In this document: in pieces, positions 1-8,114 of the stretch
How positions within the stretch are numbered: the stretch's first letter is position 1
Layout of the letters: the number at the start of each line of letters is the position of its first letter
Source of the DNA: Candidatus Magasanikiibacteriota bacterium
GTDB taxonomy: Bacteria > Patescibacteriota > Patescibacteriia > Magasanikbacterales > GWA2-37-8
Direction: 5' to 3'
Assembly: GCA_041665405.1 (NCBI GenBank)
Contig: JBAYIZ010000005.1
Coordinates: 2,513 to 66,512 of the forward strand
Length of the DNA stretch: 64,000 bases
Made by a program: the position numbers and the translations under genes
The notes under the pieces: model-generated
Told to the model about the DNA's origin: nothing
What the model saw: the letters and a program-made list of their open reading frames with translations, nothing else
Databases searched by the model: none

Positions 1-3
1 AAT

Positions 4-777
4 CTATTTTACTACCCACGTACTATCTGGAGAATTTGATAAAAAACTTTTTGCCAACACTCTACCATAAGGCGATGTAGCAATTTTAGTTCGGTCATCC
101 AACTTCTTTTCATCATCTTCCAAAAATATTTTATAAAGCGGCTCCAAGATATTACTTCCATTTAATAATCGCCAAATAAGAGTGTTATAAACACGATGAT
201 TATCATGAAGCCAACCCGATACTTCGTCATTGGCAAATTCACCAGTACAATCACAGTGATTTGGATCCTCCACTCCCATCATACATAGGTTGTTGGCAAT
301 TCCATTCATATCTCCAGTTTTTATTTCTTGTTCAAAATCATTGTACCATTTTTGTATTTCTAAGGGAGCTTTTTTGATATCAATTGCTTCTTCACGCGTT
401 TCCAAATCGTTATTAATAATATTCATTTTAAAACAGTTGGCACGACCAGAAAAAATTTTTTTAATATTATCAATTAAACGTTGAGCTTTTTCATTTGAGA
501 TATTTACAAAAGTTACACCACTAGCATCGTCCCATGTCTCAGTAATTGCTTGCATTGCTTCTATACTTATACCTAGCGTCACATGTCCGGACTTATTAAG
601 GTAATCAATTAAATCATCTTGCACACCAGCTTGATCCGGTGAACCAACAAAATGGATTACTAATGTTGCCCCAACTTGTTCTCTTCTCTCTGAGTTGGTT
701 GGTTCAACTAGGTGATCATGACTAATAGGAGATCTATCTGACATATAGGAATTTATTATATATAATTTTGAGTACAA
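4..777 (-). CDS. hypothetical protein; C-terminus runs off the window edge (no stop before position 1)
   Basis: 257-aa ORF on the minus strand. No motif I recognise. Leftmost cassette of the array; an extended -10 (tgttataat) lies upstream on the minus strand. Confidence 0.35.
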   Translation of the reverse strand: MYSKLYIINSYMSDRSPISHDHLVEPTNSERREQVGATLVIHFVGSPDQAGVQDDLIDYLNKSGHVTLGISIEAMQAITETWDDASGVTFVNISNEKAQRLIDNIKKIFSGRANCFKMNIINNDLETREEAIDIKKAPLEIQKWYNDFEQEIKTGDMNGIANNLCMMGVEDPNHCDCTGEFANDEVSGWLHDNHRVYNTLIWRLLNGSNILEPLYKIFLEDDEKKLDDRTKIATSPYGRVLAKSFLSNSPDSTWVVK

Positions 778-803
778 CTAGATTATAACATAATAGTCAA
801 AAT

Positions 804-860
804 AAAAAAGACGCCTTTTGATAAAAGCGTCTTATTCTGTACAGTGAAACTGGGTAGTTA
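804..860. repeat. cassette-boundary direct repeat R1: terminator-like hairpin AAAGACGCC..GGCGTCTT plus a divergent tail
   Basis: aaaaaagacgccttttgataaaagcgtctt is identical to the hairpin 3' of the tRNA at 8226. The tail tgtacagtgaaactgggtagtt is related to the tails of R2-R4. Confidence 0.6.
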
Positions 861-1286
861 TTAAGACGACCAATTCTCTCTAATGCACCATCTTTCATCT
901 TTTTGTATAACACTAATCTCAAACCAACCTGGCGGGTCAGAAGAATCAAATCGAAATACGAAAGTAGATGGATTACTACTAAATCGTACAAACTTCATCT
1001 CGAGCATCATCTTAGCTATACTATCTCGCCCGATTTCTCCAAAATCTGTATAAAAACGTTGTTCATCATCGGCGCGCTCAACATCACAGAGCACATCCGA
1101 TGGATATTTGAACGGTTCGATTTTTATTGCGTTCGCATACGATATTAACACGGAGCGCGTTTCGACTTTGTTTCGAATATATTTAATAGGATGTTTCATC
1201 CAGATCCAAATTGTCAACATTAATACACCCACCACTATTAACAGTAATAATATCAACTTTGATTTAAAAATTTTGAGATTATTCAT
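861..1286 (-). CDS. hypothetical protein with N-terminal membrane anchor
   Basis: 141-aa ORF with a hydrophobic N-terminal stretch (LILLLLIVVGVLMLTIWIW). No recognised domain. Confidence 0.4.
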   Translation of the reverse strand: MNNLKIFKSKLILLLLIVVGVLMLTIWIWMKHPIKYIRNKVETRSVLISYANAIKIEPFKYPSDVLCDVERADDEQRFYTDFGEIGRDSIAKMMLEMKFVRFSSNPSTFVFRFDSSDPPGWFEISVIQKDERWCIRENWSS

Positions 1287-1363
1287 ATTTGTTTCAGACA
1301 GGACTAATGCAAACTAATGTTTTACAATTTTGTATCAATCGGGTTTAATATAATTATTTATTT

Positions 1364-1609
1364 TTATAATTCATTTTTTATGTCCTCCCATTTTACTCCA
1401 CTAATTTTCTCAATTTCTTTTAACAAATAATACAGAACATCTTTTCTTAATTTTGATTGAATTGTAATTGATTTCTGAGTTTTAATCCATGTAGCTTTGT
1501 AATGACTACCGTCACCACCAGCTGTATCAATTATAAAACCGAGCCTTTGAAGAGCTCGGATAAATTTCCTACGCTTTATTTCTCCGGGTAAATCACTAAG
1601 CGAGGGCAT
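1364..1609 (-). CDS. hicA: HicA-like toxin of a type II toxin-antitoxin pair (mRNA interferase family)
   Basis: FIRALQRLGF...GGDGSHYKAT resembles the HicA GSH core. The track ORF extends to 1675, but the internal ATG at 1609 gives a typical 81-aa HicA and a 14-nt overlap with the upstream partner. Confidence 0.5.
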   Translation of the reverse strand: MPSLSDLPGEIKRRKFIRALQRLGFIIDTAGGDGSHYKATWIKTQKSITIQSKLRKDVLYYLLKEIEKISGVKWEDIKNEL

Positions 1610-1925
1610 ACTCTTCCTGTCTATCAGAAGTTTTGTAAATTTTGGCCTCTTTAGCGAACGAAGATGGTATATCAAAAGAAGTTAAAATTGCATCTTTAAC
1701 ATTTTCATCTAGTGTTTTCAAATCCTTACCAGAAGTTACTATTGAACCATATCTAAAATTGGTGCTAACTGCAACAATCATTCCGTCTTTCCCTTTTTCA
1801 TTTTTAAAATTAATCGGATCGTATAAACGAAAATATTGGTTTAATTCAAATAAACCCCTTGGTACAAATGATTTACCAAATAAAAATTTTATTAACTGAT
1901 CTTGGGCTTTTTTAGTTATAGACAT
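1596..1925 (-). CDS. hicB: HicB-like antitoxin (UPF0150/RNase-H-like fold), tentative
   Basis: 109-aa protein immediately upstream of and overlapping hicA. GMIVAVSTNF-RYGSIVTSGKDLKTLDENVKDAI loosely matches the HicB N-domain pattern. Confidence 0.4.
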   Translation of the reverse strand: MSITKKAQDQLIKFLFGKSFVPRGLFELNQYFRLYDPINFKNEKGKDGMIVAVSTNFRYGSIVTSGKDLKTLDENVKDAILTSFDIPSSFAKEAKIYKTSDRQEEYALA

Positions 1926-1995
1926 ATATTTATCGACTCACTAATATAACAATTTTTTACTAGTAAGTCAAGTATACCATAAACATAAATAATAC

Positions 1996-2170
1996 AAAAG
2001 ACCGCCCGTTGCCTAAATACAGAAACCAATTCTGAACTTAGGCAAGTGCGGGCGGTCGAGTGTCTGACCATATTCCCTTCCTTGTCTGACCTGGCGGTCA
2101 TAGGACGTCCTTTCGGACGGAACGACGGTCAACGTCGCTCTACCCCACCGTATTTCGGAGGATGGGGTGC
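1996..2170 (-). repeat. conserved ~175-nt GC-rich highly structured element, copy 1 (3' UTR of GC-rich ORF 2180..2509)
   Basis: About 90% identical to 7258..7430. On the minus strand it folds into: a hairpin CCCCAUC/GGUGGGG; a hairpin CGACG/CGUCG; a GAAA-tetraloop hairpin UCC-GAAA-GGA; GACC-GCCA-GGUC; GGUC..GACC; and a long terminal hairpin GACCGCCCGCACUUGCCUAA...UUAGGCAACGGGCGGUC followed by UUUU. Confidence 0.6.
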
Positions 2171-2179
2171 TTTTGATTA

Positions 2180-2509
2180 TCAGGCCTTCTTCCTTGGAGG
2201 GAAGATGTATGCGGACTCAGGCGAAAGAAGCCACCGATGATAGGACATCCGCATCGCCTCTGGATTTTGTCGAATTGACAGGGTAGTATCGAACCACTGC
2301 TGATAGGCTCGATTCAAGGCGTCCCCGTCTTTGCGCAACGTAGCGAGCGCAACTTGAGCCTCCTTTCGCCACACCGCTTCCTTCCTTTCTTGTGCTCTTC
2401 TAGGTTCATCCTTGGCGTCGTTGATGAACGGCAAAAACGCTACATACGCCAGGATCCAACAAAGCGCCAAGCCGAGAGTGATAGCACCCATTGCCTCGAG
2501 AATCTCCAC
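2180..2509 (-). CDS. GC-rich small membrane protein, hypothetical (foreign composition)
   Basis: 109-aa ORF with a GGAGG ribosome-binding site and an N-terminal transmembrane helix. Its Ala/Arg/Gly-rich, high-GC codon usage contrasts with the AT-rich flanks. Confidence 0.4.
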   Translation of the reverse strand: MEILEAMGAITLGLALCWILAYVAFLPFINDAKDEPRRAQERKEAVWRKEAQVALATLRKDGDALNRAYQQWFDTTLSIRQNPEAMRMSYHRWLLSPESAYIFPPRKKA

Positions 2510-2735
2510 GATTTCCTCCCTACTTCAGTGCAAAAACAAACAACAAGTTCTGCTGAGACAAACGCAAAGCAAAAAAGTTGTTTACAAAGCCAGTTCGTGT
2601 CTGAAGATTTAATTCTGCAAACATAAACTGGCTTTTGTTTTAGAGGGAATTATTAAAGAACTAATTAATTAGATAGTACTATCTATTATAGTGAGAAAAG
2701 ACAATCCAGTTGTGTATCTCTATTAAAATTTCTTA

Positions 2736-3311
2736 TCAAATATTCTTTAAAATAATATTCAATACATTATCCCAATCCATCCGACTGGTATCAATAGAAA
2801 ATATTGGCATTGCTGATTCACTAAATAATTTTTTAAGATATTTCTGTTGTTCTATATAATAATTAACTCTCTCTTCAAGCGTTCCTACTTTCTTGTGTTT
2901 CCAAGTTGCACCTCGTTGTTTATCTGCCAATTCAATTCGGTTTGATATATAATCATCTTGCATTCTTAATAAAATTGTAATTGGGTCAAAACAATTCAGT
3001 ACCTCATTTTCTAGACCAGAAAAAATGTTTAACTTTGAATTAGTTCTAAAAGCATGAGTGATAAATAATCGTTCGACAATAATGTAGCTGGTTGAAATCT
3101 TTTTAATGTTTTCAATAACATTTTTTAGATACTCTACTGCTTTGAGAGGATCTCTGTTTTCAAACAAGGGAACAGTGGTTTCTTCTTCAGAAACAAAAGT
3201 GATCTGATGTTTTTCTTGAAGATGTGATATCAGGTTGGATATGGTGGTTGTTTTGCCAGATGTTGCTATACCTTCAAAAATGATAAGTTTTGGTTTTGAG
3301 ACATCTTTCAT
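2736..3311 (-). CDS. P-loop NTPase / nucleotide(nucleoside) kinase-like protein
   Basis: Walker A motif IIFEGIATSGKTT near the N-terminus; 191 aa; overlaps the upstream ORF by 4 nt (operon). Confidence 0.5.
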   Translation of the reverse strand: MKDVSKPKLIIFEGIATSGKTTTISNLISHLQEKHQITFVSEEETTVPLFENRDPLKAVEYLKNVIENIKKISTSYIIVERLFITHAFRTNSKLNIFSGLENEVLNCFDPITILLRMQDDYISNRIELADKQRGATWKHKKVGTLEERVNYYIEQQKYLKKLFSESAMPIFSIDTSRMDWDNVLNIILKNI

Positions 3312-3811
3312 AATAATAACTTTTGCACCTTTTCTTCAAAACTTTTGTAATGGTAATGCATTGGAAAAGGAATGACGACACCATTATTTAAAACATTAAA
3401 ACCGTCATCACATAAACGTTTTTCTAATAACTGACAAACTGTCTTTTTGGCCAGCATCAGATTGACTTTTTTGTCACCAATAATACCTTTTAAATCATCC
3501 ACAAAATTCGAATAATTTTTTAATATCAGTTCATCAGCCTCTTTGTCTGGTAATTTGTCTACTGGAATATAAATAGGATCAACTAAAAAATATCCGCTAT
3601 TGGCGAAACAAGTAAGACCGTCGTGTTTAGTGTTAAATTTTTTCCCAAACAAACATTTCATTAATGACCGAAACAGTAATTCACTTGGCCTACCATCTGG
3701 GTTGTAAAAATAACCACCACCCGTAGGAAGAGATTCAAAAATAAAGATCGTTTTAAGCGACTTTGGTAGATATTGATTGCGTAATTTTTTATAGGATGAC
3801 TCTGAAGTCAC
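3308..3811 (-). CDS. hypothetical protein, co-transcribed with the P-loop kinase
   Basis: 167-aa ORF whose stop overlaps the downstream start by ATGA. No recognised motif. Confidence 0.4.
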   Translation of the reverse strand: MTSESSYKKLRNQYLPKSLKTIFIFESLPTGGGYFYNPDGRPSELLFRSLMKCLFGKKFNTKHDGLTCFANSGYFLVDPIYIPVDKLPDKEADELILKNYSNFVDDLKGIIGDKKVNLMLAKKTVCQLLEKRLCDDGFNVLNNGVVIPFPMHYHYKSFEEKVQKLLL

Positions 3812-3835
3812 AAAATTATTTTTAAATAAATATAA

Positions 3836-4099
3836 TTATTTTACTTCCAATTCTTGCATTCTATCATTTAAAACAGAATCTAAATCTTTTATTCCCAATT
3901 GAGAAGCAAGCACGAACGCTCCATAAAAAACATTAGCAATTCGCAGTTCAATATCTTTGTTATTTTTTGAAGCAACCCAAAGTTTAGTCAGCGACTCTTG
4001 AGATCCCAATATACATTCTTCAATATTAATCGGACTATTCTGACGAATAAAATTATCTTGTTTTTGAATGATTTGCAAGTATGAAGTAAGGGTTGTCAT
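3836..4099 (-). CDS. MazG-like nucleotide pyrophosphohydrolase (small all-alpha NTP-PPase)
   Basis: The C-terminal ELRIANVFYGAFVLASQLGIKDLDSVLNDRMQELE matches the MazG/NTP-PPase helix pair (E..ADVL.YL..LA..LGIDLE). The track ORF starts at 4192, but the first 31 codons are AT-rich low-complexity sequence, so ATG 4099 is more plausible. Confidence 0.45.
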   Translation of the reverse strand: MTTLTSYLQIIQKQDNFIRQNSPINIEECILGSQESLTKLWVASKNNKDIELRIANVFYGAFVLASQLGIKDLDSVLNDRMQELEVK

Positions 4100-4219
4100 A
4101 AAATAATCGACATGAATATAATAAATCAAAGTAATATTATCAGATAATATATAAAAACAAAAGACCGCTACCAAGTGCTGATTTACAAACACACTAACAT
4201 ATTTAATAAAAAATGCAAC

Positions 4220-4293
4220 AAAAAAGACGCCTCTTTTAAAAGCGTCCTACATTGTGCAGCCGATCGGGTAAGGTAGCAAACTATTTTTGAGAT
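4220..4293. repeat. cassette-boundary direct repeat R2
   Basis: aaaaaagacgcctcttttaaaagcgtcc hairpin variant followed by tacattgtgcagccgatcgggtaaggtagcaaactatttttgag. Confidence 0.65.
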
Positions 4294-4297
4294 TATT

Positions 4298-5962
4298 TCA
4301 TCTATTATTCTGAGATATTCTTATGAAATTTTGTTTTAATAATTCATTTTTACTCATGTCTACTAATTCAGATAATGACGGATTTCCTTGATACAGAGTC
4401 CATGCATACAATGGTGTATATCCATTCCTCCTCATCCAACCAGAATGAAACTGGCCTCTAGTACGAGTAGGTAGCGATTGCCACTTAGAAAATGCCTCCT
4501 CTAATTCTTGCAAACTGAATTCAACTGAACGTTTCTGGTGCTCTCTCTGATCCTGTTTATAAAAATTCTTCTTCAAATTTTCGTCTTTACTCAAAACCAC
4601 TATATCCTCAATAGACAAACTCTTTTTCCTAGCCCATTCAACCAATCCTTTATACCCATTATGACTAAGCCAACCACGTGAAAATCCTTTCTTGTGATCT
4701 GACGTCCATTTTTTAAAAGCATTCTCTAATTCAGTTAAGGCGGATTCCATGTTTCGAATTATTCCTGGATGATACTCCTGTTTTATAAAACTATCTTTTA
4801 ATTCTTGATTATTACTGTTAACGACCAATTCTGTTAATTTTGGATTTTCACCCCTTTTTGTCCATGCATATAAATTTTCGTAACCATTTTTCCTTAACCA
4901 GGCAATACTAAAATTACCTCTTTCAATTTCTTGACACGTTTTATAAAGTTCAAATGCCTCTTCCAATTCAATGGTAGCGGAATACAAATCACGATCTTTG
5001 CCTTCATATGTTTTAAAACTATCTTTCAATTGTTGATTTTTGCTTTTCGCCACTAATTCTTCAATTGATAGATTAATTCTTTTGCCTTTTGAATCTTTCC
5101 TATATGTCCAAGACGTTAAAGCTATATGATTGATACTTAACCAACTAATATTAAAATCTCCTCTATTCTTTATGGGCAAAGCCAACCACTCCTGAAAAGC
5201 ATTCTCTAACTCTACCAAAGCAGTTTCAGGCGTTCTATTTTTCATCTCAGATATTTCTTTCGAAGATTCTCCAGTTTCAGTCGATTTGGATATTAATAAT
5301 CTAACAATTTCTTGTTTCCACTCATCCGATGATTTATTAAAAATTACCATTGAAACTTTGTCTGAACCCAAAGATTTCAATTGATTTTTTGTATACTCAC
5401 CATACTTTCTCCAATCCTCTTTTTCAACATCATGGACTACAAATGTAGCATTTCCTTCTTCGTTATTTACTAAAACTAACTTCTTTATTCCAGGAATTAC
5501 AAAAACTTTGTAGCTTAACCTCCTCATCATATTGGGTGAATTCACACCATCGTGTACCTCATATTTCAAATCTAGGTCACTGAGAATTTCAATAAGAAAT
5601 CTTGTTCTCGGTAAAATATCTTTCTCTTCTATACCAACTCCACTTCCAGGAATGATTTCCCCTTCATCAGGAGGTAGAATTGTCTCATTTTCTATCACAA
5701 TCAAATCTGGCATTAACAATGGATTCAATTCTTTTTTTACCCTTAATTCTTTTACAAAATTATTTACATCTAAATGCAGGACTGGAGCTTTATTTCGACC
5801 AACGTCAATAATACTGAGGTAATTTATGGCTCCTAACATTTCAGCTATTGTTCTTAGGCTACTATTTGGATTAGACCTAATGAGGGTAAAAATTCTTTGA
5901 CTAATTTCAAAAGATAAAGCCTCTTGAACTATCTCTGAATTTTGTTCATCGTATTGAGACAT
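4298..5962 (-). CDS. large hypothetical protein: N-terminal domain of unknown function plus five tandem ~48-aa C-terminal repeats (helicase-associated-domain-like)
   Basis: The repeats ELENAFQEW..G.FS..WL..NGY..L..W recur five times. ELE(N/E)AF...G.F..GWL resembles the HA-domain consensus. The N-terminal domain has a possible PD-(D/E)xK-like VVHDVEK. Confidence 0.5.
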   Translation of the reverse strand: MSQYDEQNSEIVQEALSFEISQRIFTLIRSNPNSSLRTIAEMLGAINYLSIIDVGRNKAPVLHLDVNNFVKELRVKKELNPLLMPDLIVIENETILPPDEGEIIPGSGVGIEEKDILPRTRFLIEILSDLDLKYEVHDGVNSPNMMRRLSYKVFVIPGIKKLVLVNNEEGNATFVVHDVEKEDWRKYGEYTKNQLKSLGSDKVSMVIFNKSSDEWKQEIVRLLISKSTETGESSKEISEMKNRTPETALVELENAFQEWLALPIKNRGDFNISWLSINHIALTSWTYRKDSKGKRINLSIEELVAKSKNQQLKDSFKTYEGKDRDLYSATIELEEAFELYKTCQEIERGNFSIAWLRKNGYENLYAWTKRGENPKLTELVVNSNNQELKDSFIKQEYHPGIIRNMESALTELENAFKKWTSDHKKGFSRGWLSHNGYKGLVEWARKKSLSIEDIVVLSKDENLKKNFYKQDQREHQKRSVEFSLQELEEAFSKWQSLPTRTRGQFHSGWMRRNGYTPLYAWTLYQGNPSLSELVDMSKNELLKQNFIRISQNNR

Positions 5963-6088
5963 TTTGATGAGGTTAAATATAGAAATATTATATCTGTTTT
6001 ATGTTTAATTGTCTATTTATAAAATAAATTAATGCGCAAAAAAACTACAATTTGAGTGGCAAACTCCATTTCAGCAGTTAATAGAGAT

Positions 6089-6164
6089 AAAAAAGACGCC
6101 TTTTGATAAAAGCGTCTTTACATGTGCAGCCGATCGATTAAGGTGGTAAACTATTTTTGAGAAT
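6089..6164. repeat. cassette-boundary direct repeat R3
   Basis: aaaaaagacgccttttgataaaagcgtctttacatgtgcagccgatcgattaaggtggtaaactatttttgagaat. Confidence 0.65.
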
Positions 6165-6175
6165 TTAAGATAATA

Positions 6176-7108
6176 TTATTTAATATCTTTGCGTTCCAAA
6201 ATATCAAACCCGTCTTTTACCGCATCACACAAAAAATTTTCCAACTGGCTATTGTCTTTTTTAGTTTGAGCTTTATATAAAAAAGTATAATATAAACGCT
6301 TCTGTTGTTGGTGGATAATCGCCGGAGCAAAATTTTCTTTCAATAACATAGCTGTCATAAGCAGACGGCCAACACGTCCATTGCCATCGGAAAATGGATG
6401 AACTTGTTCAAACTGTCTGTGAACATCGGCGGATAACGAAATAATATCACTGGTAGATTTTGAGGCTAAGATTATAATCTCTCCAACCAGTTTTGGCACA
6501 CTCATAAAATTAGCAGTCGCCAGATTCACTCCCAAAATTCTCACGCCATGTTGACGATACAAACCGGCATCAGATTGAATACCGTTCATCAAAATACTAT
6601 GCAATTTCAATACAAAGTTTTCATCAATTTTTTCTTTCTTAAGAATATGACTAAACAAATAATTTAAAGCAGTTTGATGATTCTTTGCTTCCATTTGTTC
6701 AGCCAAACTTTTATTTGGCAACGCTACATTATCAAAAATAACAGCCGCAGTGTCTGGTTCAGTCAAGGTACTACCCTCGATGCTATTACTATGGTAGGTC
6801 AGCTTTAAGATAAGCTGGTCGCGAATATCTGGGTTATTCAAAATCTCCGCTACAATATTTTTATGTTCAGAAGATTTTTTGTTTAGAAATTGTTTTTTGG
6901 CAATCAATTGATTGGATGGAATAACTTTCTGGCCAGTCATTTCCAAAAACAATTCATCGATAGCTATCTGCATTTTTGTTCTCGGGATAGACTTTTCATT
7001 CCACCAATTATTGAAAGCCACAAAAGACACGCCGAGTTTATCGGCCAATTTGGTCTGGGAAAGGCCAGACATCTTTTGAATAGTCTCAAGTTTTTGTTTA
7101 ATTGTCAT
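6176..7108 (-). CDS. Fic-family protein (AMPylase/Fic-Doc fold) with an N-terminal XRE-type HTH
   Basis: Canonical Fic motif HPFSDGNGRVGRLL. The N-terminus MSGLSQTKLADKLGVSFVAFNNWWNEK is an HTH_XRE. Confidence 0.8.
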   Translation of the reverse strand: MTIKQKLETIQKMSGLSQTKLADKLGVSFVAFNNWWNEKSIPRTKMQIAIDELFLEMTGQKVIPSNQLIAKKQFLNKKSSEHKNIVAEILNNPDIRDQLILKLTYHSNSIEGSTLTEPDTAAVIFDNVALPNKSLAEQMEAKNHQTALNYLFSHILKKEKIDENFVLKLHSILMNGIQSDAGLYRQHGVRILGVNLATANFMSVPKLVGEIIILASKSTSDIISLSADVHRQFEQVHPFSDGNGRVGRLLMTAMLLKENFAPAIIHQQQKRLYYTFLYKAQTKKDNSQLENFLCDAVKDGFDILERKDIK

Positions 7109-7170
7109 AATAATGTCATTATATCAAACTTTATAAAGTTTGTCAAATATTGGTATACTTTATAAAGTTA
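7109..7170 (-). promoter_or_regulatory. Fic promoter with a twice-repeated 14-bp palindrome (putative autoregulatory operator)
   Basis: On the minus strand: TTGACA-N17-TATAAT, then 9 nt to the ATG (near-leaderless). The perfect palindrome AACTTTATAAAGTT overlaps the spacer (7126-7143), and a second copy, ACTTTATAAAGT, is at 7157-7168. Confidence 0.5.
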
Positions 7171-7171
7171 T

Positions 7172-7247
7172 AAAAAAGACGCCTTTTGATAAAAGCGTCT
7201 TTATATGTGCAGCCGATCGGGTAAGGTGGCAAACTATTTTAGAGAAT
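7172..7247. repeat. cassette-boundary direct repeat R4
   Basis: aaaaaagacgccttttgataaaagcgtctttatatgtgcagccgatcgggtaaggtggcaaactattttagagaat. Confidence 0.65.
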
Positions 7248-7257
7248 ATTTAAAAAC

Positions 7258-7430
7258 AAAAAACCGCCCGTTGCCTAAATACAGAATTCAATTCTGAACT
7301 TAGGCAAGTGCGGGAGGTCGAGTGTCTGACCAATTCCCTTCCTTGTCTGACCTGGCGGTCATATGACATCCTTTCGGACGGAACGACTCTCAGCGTCGCT
7401 CTTCCCCACCGTATTTCGGAGGATGGGGTG
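7258..7430 (-). repeat. conserved ~175-nt GC-rich structured element, copy 2 (3' UTR of GC-rich ORF 7440..8114)
   Basis: Same hairpin series as copy 1. The differences fall mostly in loops: UUGACC vs CUGAGA in the second hairpin loop. Confidence 0.6.
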
Positions 7431-7439
7431 ATTGGTGGT

Positions 7440-8114
7440 CTAGTCTTCGACCACCTTAAATGGCGACGGCCGGTTACCCATGACAATCGCCGAGAAAGAC
7501 TCAACCGTAACTTGCCCGTTGGGCGAGATCACGGTCAACTTCTCAATGATTCTCAGGGCATCGACCACAGTCAGCCGAAGCCGGCTTCCGTAATCGCCCT
7601 GATAGAGCTCAACCGATGGATGAGCCCGAAACGGTCCGAAGAAATCCGAGCGTGAAAACGAACCGAAGTACGCTTCCACACGCCATTTTCTTTCGAACAG
7701 CACCTGTCCGATCCAGAGCGTGGGGGCGACCGGCCCCCAACCCGAAAGACGCATGATGATGACGGGCTGGTCGCCGGGTTTGGATGTAGCGTATTCGTTT
7801 TGCCTGACACCCACGGAGTACGGAAAGATCTGGCGCACCAGTTTCCCTTCCGCGTCCAGCTCAAACTGAGCTTTGTACCCGCGCACGTTACGCCGCCACC
7901 ACTCCCTCAGCCACCGCGTCCAACCGCCTTCATAGAAGATGCCGACCGACCAGATGGCGAAGATCCACCAAGCCGCCGCCATGGCGATGCCACTCTCCAC
8001 CTTGTAGATCAGTTCAGCGCTAATCCCGATGAGGACAGCGATGAAGACGCACAGGCAGAAAGTGCCGCAGCGCACCGGGGTCTTCGGATCCTGAACCTTA
8101 CTTTCCTTTGACAT
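7440..8114 (-). CDS. GC-rich membrane protein, hypothetical (two TM helices plus ~130-aa soluble domain; possibly bPH-like)
   Basis: 224-aa ORF with a strong GAGGAG ribosome-binding site. TM segments FCLCVFIAVLIGISAELIY and AAAWWIFAIWSVGIFY. High-GC codon usage. It is the sole cargo of the tRNA-proximal cassette. Confidence 0.45.
   Translation of the reverse strand: MSKESKVQDPKTPVRCGTFCLCVFIAVLIGISAELIYKVESGIAMAAAWWIFAIWSVGIFYEGGWTRWLREWWRRNVRGYKAQFELDAEGKLVRQIFPYSVGVRQNEYATSKPGDQPVIIMRLSGWGPVAPTLWIGQVLFERKWRVEAYFGSFSRSDFFGPFRAHPSVELYQGDYGSRLRLTVVDALRIIEKLTVISPNGQVTVESFSAIVMGNRPSPFKVVED

Noticed and set aside
1996-2170. Hammerhead/HDV-type self-cleaving ribozyme in the 175-nt element
   Set aside because: A GAAA tetraloop hairpin is present, but the hammerhead CUGAUGA core could not be found. 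HDV-like or twister cores cannot be judged by eye. The element is left as an unclassified structured RNA.
4220-7247. Repeat tails (gccgatcgggtaaggtggcaaac) as degenerate copies of the tRNA 3' half
   Set aside because: Position-by-position identity to the tRNA 3' half is only about 50%. No T-arm-like GTTCGA motif is present. Identity is convincing only for the terminator hairpin plus TGCA.
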